A stretch of 64,000 nucleotides of DNA from Candidatus Micrarchaeia archaeon (GCA_038886535.1 JAVZXS010000001.1:128001-192000), one strand, 5' to 3'. Counted from the stretch's first letter, positions 1-9,161 are shown. Notes: generated from the sequence alone by a model not told the origin. Program-made: numbers and translations.

Positions 1-10
1 ATATATCTGC

Positions 11-1393
11 ATGCTTAGTTATATACTTTACGCCAAAAAGTTGGAAAAAAATGTATTTCATTTTGCTATAACCTCAAAAGGAAACGCAATTATAAAAACA
101 AATAAAGAGTTGTCCCCAGGATCTTGGTTTGATATATCAGGAGAAGTAGTAAAAATAGATGAAGATACGGTCGAAATTCACCCAAATAAGATTGAGATTG
201 TCCAAAAACCAGAGAAAAATGAGATGAAATCGATTCTCAATTTCATAAAAGAAAAATCAAAGCCAAAAAGTACTAGATTCTTTTTCGAAAATCAAGATAT
301 GGAGATGTTGTCATCTTCTATTCATAGTGCTGCTAAATATATAAAAGAGGCTTGCGTACTTAAAAGACCGATAATAATAAGATATGATACAGATCAAGAT
401 GGTCTGACAGGAGCTGTTTCTCTTTTTTATGCATTAAAAGATTATTATAATATAAAATTTATACCTCAACAATTTCCATTTTATAATAGGTTAGATTTTG
501 AAGAAGACAAACGATATATAGAAAATTTAGAGGCAAAACATCTTCCTCCAGTATTGATAACTGTTGATTTTGGATTCAATCCTGAAAGTGAAGAAGCTTA
601 TAGGCTTGCCAAAGACTATGGATTCTCAATTCTTGTTATAGATCACCATCCACCACAAAAACCATCTATAAAAGAATTATTTGAAGAGATTGTTTCCCCA
701 TGGCTATTTAATATAAAAAATCCATCTTCATATACCGCAGGATTATTGGCAACAGAAATAGCAAAGAAGATAGGAAATATTAATGAGAAAACAGCTGACA
801 AACTAATTAGAATCTCTTTAACTGCAGATAGAAGTAAGATATACAATCCAACAAAATCTGATCTGAAAAATTCAGAAGCGGTGGGTTATTTCATTGGTAC
901 TTCTGCATACGAAAATAATATCACGCAATATGCAAAGGCGATAGAAGATGAAGAAATGTTGGATTTTGCCTATGCACAATCTCAGGAAAAAATTCAGACC
1001 TTCCTAGAAAAAGCAAAGAACACTACTAAGTCAAAAACAATAAATGGAATAACTTTTTTCTTTGTTGATGTTACAAAGTATATAAAGAAAGGTTCATACC
1101 CAAATAAAGGTTTAGCAGCAAACATTATGGCAGATTTATTAGGAAATAGAAAAACCCCAACAGTTACAATCGTTTATACTGGAAGGAATATTAGTTTCAG
1201 ATTGAATCAGGCAGCGCTTGAATTTGGATTAGACCTTTCAAAAGCAATTTCGAAATTGAAAAGTGAAATGCTTCATGGTATAGAATCTGGTGGAGGACAT
1301 AAGGCAGCAGCCGCACTTAGATTAAACCAAGGGTATCTTAAAGAGGCGCTTGATAAAATCGTACACTACATAGCAGAACAAAATCCAAAATAA
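11..1393 (+). CDS. RecJ-like DHH/DHHA1 phosphoesterase (exonuclease) with N-terminal OB-like region
   Basis: Motifs DTDQDG, DFG, VIDHH and C-terminal GGGHKAAA. Confidence 0.8.
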   Translation: MLSYILYAKKLEKNVFHFAITSKGNAIIKTNKELSPGSWFDISGEVVKIDEDTVEIHPNKIEIVQKPEKNEMKSILNFIKEKSKPKSTRFFFENQDMEMLSSSIHSAAKYIKEACVLKRPIIIRYDTDQDGLTGAVSLFYALKDYYNIKFIPQQFPFYNRLDFEEDKRYIENLEAKHLPPVLITVDFGFNPESEEAYRLAKDYGFSILVIDHHPPQKPSIKELFEEIVSPWLFNIKNPSSYTAGLLATEIAKKIGNINEKTADKLIRISLTADRSKIYNPTKSDLKNSEAVGYFIGTSAYENNITQYAKAIEDEEMLDFAYAQSQEKIQTFLEKAKNTTKSKTINGITFFFVDVTKYIKKGSYPNKGLAANIMADLLGNRKTPTVTIVYTGRNISFRLNQAALEFGLDLSKAISKLKSEMLHGIESGGGHKAAAALRLNQGYLKEALDKIVHYIAEQNPK

Positions 1394-1441
1394 TCTCTAA
1401 AAAGATAAATTAAAAACTTTATTTAGCTTATATTTATTGAA

Positions 1442-1649
1442 GGGGATATTGCGTAACCAGGCAGCGCGGCAGGCTCCAGTTTTTGGGAATGCCTCTTGCC
1501 TGTACTGCTTTCTAGGATAAATTTCCTGGGCAGTCAGCAGGTATTCTGACTCGGGTCAAACCGGGAATGATCTATAACGGGAGCTATGATTTGATGATTG
1601 CTCCAAAAGAAGATACCTGCAAGTCGGGGTTCAAATCCCCGTATCCCCA
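1442..1649 (+). tRNA. tRNA-Trp(CCA) with 135-nt intron at 37/38 (1480-1614)
   Basis: Acceptor GGGGATA/TATCCCC, anticodon stem GCAGG/CCTGC, CT-CCA-G, T arm GGGGTTCAAATCCCC; BHB-like junction CTCC-AGT...GAAG-ATA with TTTTGG/CCAAAA helix. Confidence 0.92.
1480..1614 (+). ncRNA. Intron-encoded C/D-box guide RNA (predicted Cm39 and Cm34 of pre-tRNA-Trp)
   Basis: GCAGGTATT-CTGA (1537-1549) pairs with GATACCTGC, +5 rule gives C39; AACGGGAGCT-ATGA (1576-1589) pairs with GGCTCCAGTT, +5 rule gives C34. Confidence 0.75.
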
Positions 1650-2539
1650 TTTTTTTCTAATTTATCTAATAAAATTTTAATCTTCTCAATAGATTTTACT
1701 TTCATAATTTCTTCTCTTAATTTACTTGCATTCTTCATTCCTTTAAAAATTTGAGAGTAGACTAATTTTATGTTATTTAGGTCTATTAAATCTAGATTTT
1801 CACATATTTTATAATATTCTAGAGCTGTTTCAATTCTCTCTCTATTCGTAAGTTCGTTCTTACCTTCAAATACTCTTGGGTTTTGAAGCGCAGCCCTTCC
1901 AATCATTATCCCACTGCAAAATTCATTTTTTATTTTTTCTTTTCCTTCTTCAAGATTTCTCACATTGCCATTTCCAACTACAGGTATGTTTATCTTCTCA
2001 TGTGCTGTTTTTATGATATTCCAATCGACATTTCCTGAATACCCTTGTTTTACAGTTCTTCCATGAACAATAAGAAAATCAGCACCTGAATCTTCTATAC
2101 CTTTATAGAATTCAATCGTTTTTTCCTTTTCACTAAAAATTCTTGTCTTAACTGAAACAGGAAGAGTTGTTTCTTTTTTGCACTCCTTAATTATTTGAAA
2201 GAGGAGCTGATAATTTTTCATAAGAGCGCTTCCAGCACCTGTTTTCATTGTAGTATGTGAAGGGCAGCCGGCATTTATGTTGAATCCCTTTATAAACGGA
2301 TACTTCTTTTCGATTACTTTGATAGCTTCTTTGAATTCATCTGGTTTTGATCCTGAAAGTTGAACTGTTACGTTTTTTTCTTCTTCACTTATGAATGGAA
2401 TAAATTTTCCTTTTGAGACAGCAGTAACGTTGACTAGCGGAACAAACGTCATTTTACATTTGTGTCTCTCGCTAATAAGTCTAAATGCGGCATTTGTATA
2501 TTCGTGTATTGGCGCAAGAGAGAATCTAGCAATCTTCAT
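1631..2539 (-). CDS. tRNA-dihydrouridine synthase family protein
   Basis: LAP, QLSGS, NINAGCP, GAGSALM, PVSVKTR, VHGRT, PVVGNG, IMIGRAAL motifs. Confidence 0.9.
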   Translation of the reverse strand: MKIARFSLAPIHEYTNAAFRLISERHKCKMTFVPLVNVTAVSKGKFIPFISEEEKNVTVQLSGSKPDEFKEAIKVIEKKYPFIKGFNINAGCPSHTTMKTGAGSALMKNYQLLFQIIKECKKETTLPVSVKTRIFSEKEKTIEFYKGIEDSGADFLIVHGRTVKQGYSGNVDWNIIKTAHEKINIPVVGNGNVRNLEEGKEKIKNEFCSGIMIGRAALQNPRVFEGKNELTNRERIETALEYYKICENLDLIDLNNIKLVYSQIFKGMKNASKLREEIMKVKSIEKIKILLDKLEKNGDTGI

Positions 2540-2612
2540 TTTCTCACTATTTATATCTGATAGTAATCACAATTGTTTTAAATATATTTCTCAAATTATA
2601 TCTGTGATTCTT

Positions 2613-2852
2613 ATGGCAAAGGATGAAGAATTTGACTGGGAGAAATGGGGTAAGGCATGGGACAAGAGTTGGAGAAGGAGAAAGAATGAGAGTCTTGTTT
2701 GGGCAGGACTTATTATTCTTTTGATAGGAGTTCTTTGGTATGCAGTCACAGTCGGACTTATTGATCTCAGTCTTATATGTCCTGGATTTCTGATAATAAT
2801 CGGAGCAATGTTTATATTGAAAGGCCTACTTGATCAGATATTTCATTTATAA
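2613..2852 (+). CDS. Small two-TM membrane protein (79 aa)
   Basis: ATG after GTGA; charged Trp-rich N-terminus then two hydrophobic helices; start trimmed from track ORF that overlaps dus. Confidence 0.6.
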   Translation: MAKDEEFDWEKWGKAWDKSWRRRKNESLVWAGLIILLIGVLWYAVTVGLIDLSLICPGFLIIIGAMFILKGLLDQIFHL

Positions 2853-2888
2853 CTTCTTTTTATTCTGGCGTACTATTCTGGTGTACAT

Positions 2889-3101
2889 ATGAAATTCAAG
2901 GTAAAGGTTATTCCTAATTCTAAGAGGGAAGAAATAATAGAGGATAGGGAAAACGGAATAATAACTGTAAGAGTAAAAGAGAAGCCAGAGAAGGGAAAAG
3001 CAACACTTAAAGTAATCAAAATGTTAGAAGAATACTTCCATAAACCTGTAAATCTCTTGAAAGGAGCATTTTCAAGAGAGAAGATTATAGAAGTTGAATA
3101 G
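2889..3101 (+). CDS. DUF167/UPF0235 family protein
   Basis: KVKVIPNSK...VRVKEKPEKGKAT...G..SREK pattern. Confidence 0.8.
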   Translation: MKFKVKVIPNSKREEIIEDRENGIITVRVKEKPEKGKATLKVIKMLEEYFHKPVNLLKGAFSREKIIEVE

Positions 3102-3121
3102 TAATATAAACTCTAATGTTT

Positions 3122-3814
3122 CTATGCAGATAGCATTAAGCTGAATATAGTATAAGTAACAATTATGGATAAAACAGAACCAGCTATCAACTGCCATATA
3201 GTATGTGCTTTTACTTTATATCTAAGTGCAAAAATAGGAATAAGTAAAAGATATAGAGGAAGTGCTTTTTCTCCATAAACAACATAAAGTGCAGTTACAG
3301 GGCCAGCAATACCACTTGCATGTGCACTTATCTTCCATTTTAGATTTATCAACATCATAAGTATTGTTGCAACTGCATATGCAATTGAAGTTATGAACAT
3401 TAGCCTGTGTTCGAATGTATAAAATATAATCGCCGCAATCAACTGGAGTATCACAGCCATCAAATAAAAACGAGTCCTAGATTCTCTTTCAGACAATTCA
3501 ACATCAACCTTTCCTTTCCTGCTGTAGTAGAGTATTGCCATTCCTGGAAGCAAAGAGAAGAGGACACCTGTAAGTAAGAAAGAGCTTAAAGGACTTATCA
3601 TGCCTGTTCCATAAGGAGAATGGAATGAAAAGAAATATGCTAGAAAGACTGAAGTTATCGGAGCAGATGTAAGAATAGAAAGTAGTATGAATCGATTGTC
3701 CTTATATGGCTTTTTGAACTTCACATTTTTAACATTTTTTATCTTAGTGCTTATTTTAGCAGTTACTTTTTCCTTTACTCTTTTTATTTTCAATCTGGGA
3801 TTTATAATCTTCAA
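3122..3814 (-). CDS. PAP2-like integral membrane protein
   Basis: Multi-TM with WKISAH and R..V.AHT..Q..AG motifs. Confidence 0.6.
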   Translation of the reverse strand: MKIINPRLKIKRVKEKVTAKISTKIKNVKNVKFKKPYKDNRFILLSILTSAPITSVFLAYFFSFHSPYGTGMISPLSSFLLTGVLFSLLPGMAILYYSRKGKVDVELSERESRTRFYLMAVILQLIAAIIFYTFEHRLMFITSIAYAVATILMMLINLKWKISAHASGIAGPVTALYVVYGEKALPLYLLLIPIFALRYKVKAHTIWQLIAGSVLSIIVTYTIFSLMLSA

Positions 3815-3888
3815 GCTATCACTTTATATGAATGCACTATTCTATAATGTAGTTTAAAGCTTTTAAATATTCAATGCAAATGTAGATT

Positions 3889-4449
3889 ATGAGATCATTC
3901 AGCAAAACAAAAAAAAGTTTTACAAACTCTGAAATTATGTCAAGTTTGGAAGGCATATCCTTTGGGCTAGTAGATGGCTCAATATGTGCATTGGGTGCTG
4001 TAGTAGGTATAGTGACTGCTACAAATGATCCTTTTCTTGCAGTTTTGTCTATACTTATCTTCGGCCTGTCTGATTCGTTTGGAAATTCTGCAGGCTTCTA
4101 TCTTTCTCAGGTTTCAGAGCGCAACATTCAGATAATGAGGAAAAGAATGGGAAGAACGCAGCATGTTCATACTATGCGAGAATTATTTCTAAACGGCGTA
4201 CTTTCGTTTGTTTCGACATTCATAATCTATATTTTGATAGGTCTTCCCTTTATATTTCTTCCTTTAGAACAAGCGCTTATATCTGCAGTTATAATAGCAG
4301 CATTGGTTACATTTTTATTAGGAGCTTATAATGCAAACATGATAAAGAAAGATGTTATTAAAACCGGAATGTTCTATTCTGGAATAACTGTAGCCACAGC
4401 AATCATATGCTATCTATTAGGATTGCTTTTGAATAATTTATTCTTTTAA
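3889..4449 (+). CDS. VIT1/CCC1 family metal transporter-like protein
   Basis: FGLVDG motif, SDSFG..AG.YLS, five TM segments. Confidence 0.7.
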   Translation: MRSFSKTKKSFTNSEIMSSLEGISFGLVDGSICALGAVVGIVTATNDPFLAVLSILIFGLSDSFGNSAGFYLSQVSERNIQIMRKRMGRTQHVHTMRELFLNGVLSFVSTFIIYILIGLPFIFLPLEQALISAVIIAALVTFLLGAYNANMIKKDVIKTGMFYSGITVATAIICYLLGLLLNNLFF

Positions 4450-4464
4450 TCTAAAATTTAATTC

Positions 4465-5094
4465 TTATTTAAACATCTCTCTTATTGCAGAATGGCTCTT
4501 CTTTTCAAGTTCTCTTTGAACAAGTGACTTGATGATTTTTTTCCAATCTATAATGAATATTGCAACTGCAATTCCAACTCCAATGATTCCCATCAGAAGA
4601 TATTCATATGTTGAAAATGTAACTTGCTCAAGCGCTGTTTCAAGCACAGTTATGTATACTATATTAGAAAGGAGTTCTCCGAAGAAGAACCCTCCGATAA
4701 GCGTCAATATTCTGAGATGTGCTATTCCTGCCACTACAAACAAAGCATTTGTTGGAAGAGGGCTTAAAGCATAAAGAAATGCAATTATAAACGCTATTTT
4801 AGGGTTCTCGATTTCAATAAAAAATTCTTTGAGATATTCAATATTACGTTTCTGTCTCTTCGGAAGCACCTTGTCTCCTATATTTTTAGAATAAGATGCA
4901 AGAACATATCTACCTATTGCAGAAGCAAATATAGCAATAACTATGATTGGAATAAGTAGAACAGGATCTGTTTTTCCAGCAAAGAAAGCAACCACTATCC
5001 AGGTAGGAATTGTAAATATCGGATTTGCATTAAGAAGGAAAACTGTAAAGAAGATCTCTGCTATGATTAATAAATCCATGAGAATCCTTTGCAT
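4465..5094 (-). CDS. DedA/VTT-like membrane protein
   Basis: Multi-TM, ALSPLPTN.LFVVAG motif; start uncertain. Confidence 0.5.
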   Translation of the reverse strand: MQRILMDLLIIAEIFFTVFLLNANPIFTIPTWIVVAFFAGKTDPVLLIPIIVIAIFASAIGRYVLASYSKNIGDKVLPKRQKRNIEYLKEFFIEIENPKIAFIIAFLYALSPLPTNALFVVAGIAHLRILTLIGGFFFGELLSNIVYITVLETALEQVTFSTYEYLLMGIIGVGIAVAIFIIDWKKIIKSLVQRELEKKSHSAIREMFK

Positions 5095-5163
5095 TAAAGA
5101 TTTAAAATTCTGACTGATATAATATTATAATACGAAAATTGATTCACAACGAGGTAAGTGTTA

Positions 5164-6366
5164 ATGGCAAAACAAATCATCACATTTGTGCTTTTATTAT
5201 TCATCTCATCTTTGGCTTTTGCTTTTTGGTATGAATCAATAAATGTAACTGTTTATTCTAAAGACGGATTGCCAATGAAAAATGTTCCTGTAACTGTCAT
5301 ATATCAATCAAGCAAATGCGGAGAGCATTCAGAACTGACAAAGAAAACAAATGAATCCGGAATGGTTTCATTCTCATTTATGAACACAGTTGATGAATCA
5401 TTCGGAAAATGTATAGAAAGAATATATACAATCCGTGCTGATTTTGGAGGATATAGCAATTCAACAATTGGTGATGTAGATAAGACAAACAAAAACTATC
5501 AGCTTTGGCTACCTTTTATTTCCCATATTGTCATTGTAAGAAATGCAGTAAATAATACGATTCAGGGTGCTAACGTAACAGCCTTCAATGTAACATACAC
5601 AACAGATGCCGGAGGAAATGCGTTTATACTTTTGCCAGCTGCAATGCTATCGGATTTCATAGTTCAGTATGGTTCAGTATCAACAAAGACATCAGTTAAT
5701 CCTTCTATTAAGCAAGTTACCTATGTTTCTCTTCCAATATATGATCTTAAAGTAAGTTTGACAGATGAGAATGGAAATTCATTATATGGAAAGATAAGAT
5801 ACGGAGAAGAAGAAAAATTGCTTGAAAACAGCTACGTAGTTTTCAAGTCTTTCTCTGATTTAAAACCAACTTTCTACGTTACAGTAAATAACATTACTAA
5901 ACAGATAAGTACCACTATTTCATCAGATAATGTTATCTTAAGATATGATCTAACCCCGCCGATAATACGCGATGTAGAGACAAGGGTTGCAAATAATAGA
6001 GTGTATATTTCTGCTGTTGTTGTAGATGGAGGAAGGTATGCATCTGGGATATCTTCAAATCCAATACTTTCTTACACTTCTAATACATCACAGTCTATGG
6101 GGCAGAAGATGTTTTTCGTAGGCAATGATAGATATGAGACCTCCATACCACTTGAAGGAAATAATGAAATAAATTATACTATAATTGCTACAGATTCTCA
6201 AGGTAATTCAGCAAAATATTCAGATGTCTACTCTTCCTCATTTAAAATAGAAAAAGAAATAGAGAAAGCAACAAAAGGATTCTCATGGTTAACCTTCCTA
6301 GGTATATTCGCTTTTGCAATAGTAATATATATGATCTATACAAAGATAAAAGAACAGACGCAGTGA
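5164..6366 (+). CDS. Secreted beta-rich surface protein with C-terminal membrane anchor
   Basis: Signal peptide ending AFA, Ig/carboxypeptidase-regulatory-like repeats, DLTPP, C-terminal TM plus basic tail; SD GAGGT. Confidence 0.65.
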   Translation: MAKQIITFVLLLFISSLAFAFWYESINVTVYSKDGLPMKNVPVTVIYQSSKCGEHSELTKKTNESGMVSFSFMNTVDESFGKCIERIYTIRADFGGYSNSTIGDVDKTNKNYQLWLPFISHIVIVRNAVNNTIQGANVTAFNVTYTTDAGGNAFILLPAAMLSDFIVQYGSVSTKTSVNPSIKQVTYVSLPIYDLKVSLTDENGNSLYGKIRYGEEEKLLENSYVVFKSFSDLKPTFYVTVNNITKQISTTISSDNVILRYDLTPPIIRDVETRVANNRVYISAVVVDGGRYASGISSNPILSYTSNTSQSMGQKMFFVGNDRYETSIPLEGNNEINYTIIATDSQGNSAKYSDVYSSSFKIEKEIEKATKGFSWLTFLGIFAFAIVIYMIYTKIKEQTQ

Positions 6367-6466
6367 TCCTTCGTCAATCTATTTTTATTTGAATCTAATT
6401 TTTATTCACATCTATTTTATTCGAATATTCTTAGCTATAATTACATTAAGAAATAGAATTTTAAAG

Positions 6467-6584
6467 TGCAGGGGGTGAGATTCGAACTCACGTAAGGCCT
6501 AAGCCAACAGCTTTCTTACGGGCTGCCTTTTAGGCTCTGCCTAGGTCTTGAGGCTGCCCCGTTTGACCGCTCCGGCACCCCTGC
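6467..6584 (-). tRNA. tRNA-Leu(CAA) with 34-nt intron at 37/38 (6513-6546)
   Basis: Reverse complement GCAGGGG...GCAGC-CT-CAA-G[intron]A-GCTGT, long variable arm, GTTCGAATC, CCCCTGC-A. Confidence 0.9.
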
Positions 6585-6589
6585 ATCAG

Positions 6590-6664
6590 TGCTCCGATCG
6601 GGATTTGAACCCGAGTTTCAGCCTTGAGAGGGCTGCGTCCTTGACCGGACTAGACGATCGGAGC
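6590..6664 (-). tRNA. tRNA-Glu(CTC)
   Basis: GCTCCGA/TCGGAGC acceptor, CAGCC-CT-CTC-AA-GGCTG. Confidence 0.95.
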
Positions 6665-6780
6665 TAAAACTGAGAAGTAAAAGATATATGTCAGTTAAAT
6701 ATTTTATACTTATCTTTTTAGAAATTTATTATAATAATTACTAGAAAGATTAGTTTAACTTTTTATTTTTTAATCAAATT

Positions 6781-7128
6781 TTAACCATAAAGGTGCATTG
6801 GTGGTTGTGGTGGTTTTGGTTGATTTTCATTTTTCTTCTTATGATAAAATGATCTGTACTTGTCCCATGTTTTTTCTGCTGTTTTTCCTCTTAGTATCTT
6901 TACAACTAAATGTTTAGGTACGTTTATCTTTGCTGAGATTGGAGAATAATCTACAAGAACTACATCTTCTTCATTTATCTTATCAGATATCGCTGCTGAC
7001 ACATCACAAGTAAATAGATTATCATCCCACATCTCAACTAGTACTTGTACGTCCTTTCCGCTGCTTATTACATCTTTAGATTTTGATGTATAAACCGCAA
7101 CCACTTTTCCTGGATGGTATATAGTCAT
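6781..7128 (-). CDS. Hypothetical protein, probable small beta-barrel (OB-like)
   Basis: 115-aa ORF with beta-strand pattern HPGKVVAV...VLVEMWD...DVVLVDY. Confidence 0.6.
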   Translation of the reverse strand: MTIYHPGKVVAVYTSKSKDVISSGKDVQVLVEMWDDNLFTCDVSAAISDKINEEDVVLVDYSPISAKINVPKHLVVKILRGKTAEKTWDKYRSFYHKKKNENQPKPPQPPMHLYG

Positions 7129-7141
7129 ATTATCATCTCAA

Positions 7142-7214
7142 TGGCCCCGCGGAGAATCGAACTCCGAATCTCCACTGTGTGAGAGTGGCGTCTTAACCAT
7201 TCGACTACAGGGCC
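7142..7214 (-). tRNA. tRNA-Val(CAC)
   Basis: GGCCCTG/CGGGGCC acceptor, CCACT-CT-CAC-AC-AGTGG, TTCGATT loop. Confidence 0.92.
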
Positions 7215-7288
7215 GAATAAATCTTTCAAAATAATATGTTATTATATTAATCAAATATCTTTTTAATATTTAACCACTGATTTATATT

Positions 7289-9100
7289 ATGGACATTATA
7301 AATTCAAAAATTTTAAAGAAAAAATATCTTCAATTCTTCAAAGAGAAAGGACATGCGATAATACCATCAGCATCTTTGATTCCAGAAAACGATCCAACCG
7401 TTCTTTTCACTACTGCTGGAATGCATCCTTTAGTACCTTATTTAATGGGGCAGCCGCATCCTTTAGGAAAAAGACTTGCAAATGTTCAGAAATGCATAAG
7501 AACTCAAGATATAGATGAAGTTGGAGATGATATACATACAACATTTTTTGAGATGCTTGGGAACTGGAGTTTAGGGGATTATTTTAAGAAAGAAGCAATA
7601 GAGATGAGCTATGAATTTTTGACATCATCTGATTGGCTAGGTCTTGATAAAAATAGGTTAGCAGTTACTTGTTTTGCAGGAGATAGTGATGCACCTAGAG
7701 ATGAGGAAGCAGCAAATATCTGGATGTCTTTAGGCGTTCCAAGGGAAAGAATTGCATTTCTTCCAAAGGAGAATAACTGGTGGGGTCCTGCAGGAAACAC
7801 AGGGCCATGTGGACCAGATACAGAAATGTTTTACTGGACGCCAAATGATATTCCAGCTCCAAAGGTTTTTGATCCGAATGACAAAAGGTGGGTTGAAATT
7901 TGGAATGACGTATTCATGCAGTATAACAAAACAAAAGAAGGCAAGTATGAACCACTCTCTCAAAAGAATGTAGATACAGGTTTAGGTGTAGAAAGAGTTA
8001 CAATGATATTACAAGGAAAGACAAATATATTTGAAATAGAGGTTTTCAAGCCAATTATAGATAAATTAAAGGAAATTTCCGGAAAAGAGGAATCAAAAGA
8101 AAACATAAAATCATTTAGAGTAATTGCAGATCATATTCGAGCTGCAACTTTCATTTTAGGGGATGAAAAAGGAATTACGCCTTCAAATGTAGATCAGGGA
8201 TATGTCTTAAGGAGATATATAAGAAGAATGGTAAGACATGGAAGGTTATTAGGAATTCAAGATAATTTCTGTAAAGAACTCGCAGAAGTTGTTATTCAGA
8301 TTTATAAAGATGATTATCCTGAGTTGTCAAAGAATAGGCAGTTTATATTTACAGAATTAGAGAAAGAAGAGAACAGATTCAAGGAAACATTGGAATCTGG
8401 AATGAAGTTATTCAACAAATATATCGCTGAAAAGAAGATGCTTACTGGAGTTGATGCATTCCTTCTCTTCCAGTCTCACGGTTTTCCAATAGAGATGACA
8501 AAAGAATTGATGCAGGAAAAGGGAATTAATATTCCACTAAATTTTGAAGAGGAATTTAAGTTAGAGTATCAAAGACATCAAGAACTTTCAAGAATGGCAA
8601 CAGAGAAAAAATTCAAAAGTGGACTTGCGGATACAAAAGAAGAAACAATCAAGCTTCATACAGCAACACATCTTTTGCACGCCGCATTAAGAAAGATTTT
8701 AGGGCCAGAAGTAAAACAGAAAGGAAGCAACATTACAGCAGAGAGGTTAAGGTTTGACTTTTCTTATCCTCAAAAACTTACACCAGAGCAGATAAAGCAG
8801 GTTGAGGATCTGGTTAATGAGGCAATTAAAAGAAAACTTCCAGTAATTCGTGAAGAGATGACGTTAGAGGAAGCAAAAGCAAAGGGAGCAATCGCACTTT
8901 TTGAAGGAAAGTATGGTGAAAGAGTTTCAGTTTATACCATCGGTGACTTTTCAAAAGAAGTTTGCACTGGACCTCACGTTTCAAATACTGCTGAACTCGG
9001 TCATTTCAAGATAATAAAAGAAGAATCAGTTTCTGCAGGAGTAAGAAGAATAAAAGCAGTTGTAGGCCCAGAGCCAGAACCTAAATATCTGAGCCACTGA
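7289..9100 (+). CDS. alaS: Alanyl-tRNA synthetase (short form, no C-Ala domain)
   Basis: LFTTAGM, QKCIR, FFEMLGNWS, GPCGP, VDTGLGVER, editing HTATH and CTGPHV, GVRRIKA. Confidence 0.95.
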   Translation: MDIINSKILKKKYLQFFKEKGHAIIPSASLIPENDPTVLFTTAGMHPLVPYLMGQPHPLGKRLANVQKCIRTQDIDEVGDDIHTTFFEMLGNWSLGDYFKKEAIEMSYEFLTSSDWLGLDKNRLAVTCFAGDSDAPRDEEAANIWMSLGVPRERIAFLPKENNWWGPAGNTGPCGPDTEMFYWTPNDIPAPKVFDPNDKRWVEIWNDVFMQYNKTKEGKYEPLSQKNVDTGLGVERVTMILQGKTNIFEIEVFKPIIDKLKEISGKEESKENIKSFRVIADHIRAATFILGDEKGITPSNVDQGYVLRRYIRRMVRHGRLLGIQDNFCKELAEVVIQIYKDDYPELSKNRQFIFTELEKEENRFKETLESGMKLFNKYIAEKKMLTGVDAFLLFQSHGFPIEMTKELMQEKGINIPLNFEEEFKLEYQRHQELSRMATEKKFKSGLADTKEETIKLHTATHLLHAALRKILGPEVKQKGSNITAERLRFDFSYPQKLTPEQIKQVEDLVNEAIKRKLPVIREEMTLEEAKAKGAIALFEGKYGERVSVYTIGDFSKEVCTGPHVSNTAELGHFKIIKEESVSAGVRRIKAVVGPEPEPKYLSH

Positions 9101-9113
9101 AATTTTTCAGTGG
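9094..9113. repeat. Perfect 9-bp inverted repeat (terminator hairpin or operator)
   Basis: CCACTGAAA-TT-TTTCAGTGG overlapping the alaS stop codon. Confidence 0.7.
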
Positions 9114-9122
9114 AAAACTACT

Positions 9123-9138
9123 AAGAAAAGATTTATAA
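9123..9138 (+). promoter_or_regulatory. Putative BRE/TATA promoter of the cas operon
   Basis: AAGAAAAG-ATTTATAA ending 23 nt before the cas6 ATG (9162), no SD, consistent with a leaderless transcript. Confidence 0.55.
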
Positions 9139-9161
9139 TCTTTCATTATTTTAAGTTGAAC

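Noticed and set aside
1476..1478. Stop-codon reassignment (UGA as Trp) suggested by the BHB mismatch
   Set aside because: Well-defined genes such as alaS, cas8 and gatC end in TGA, and Trp motifs use TGG
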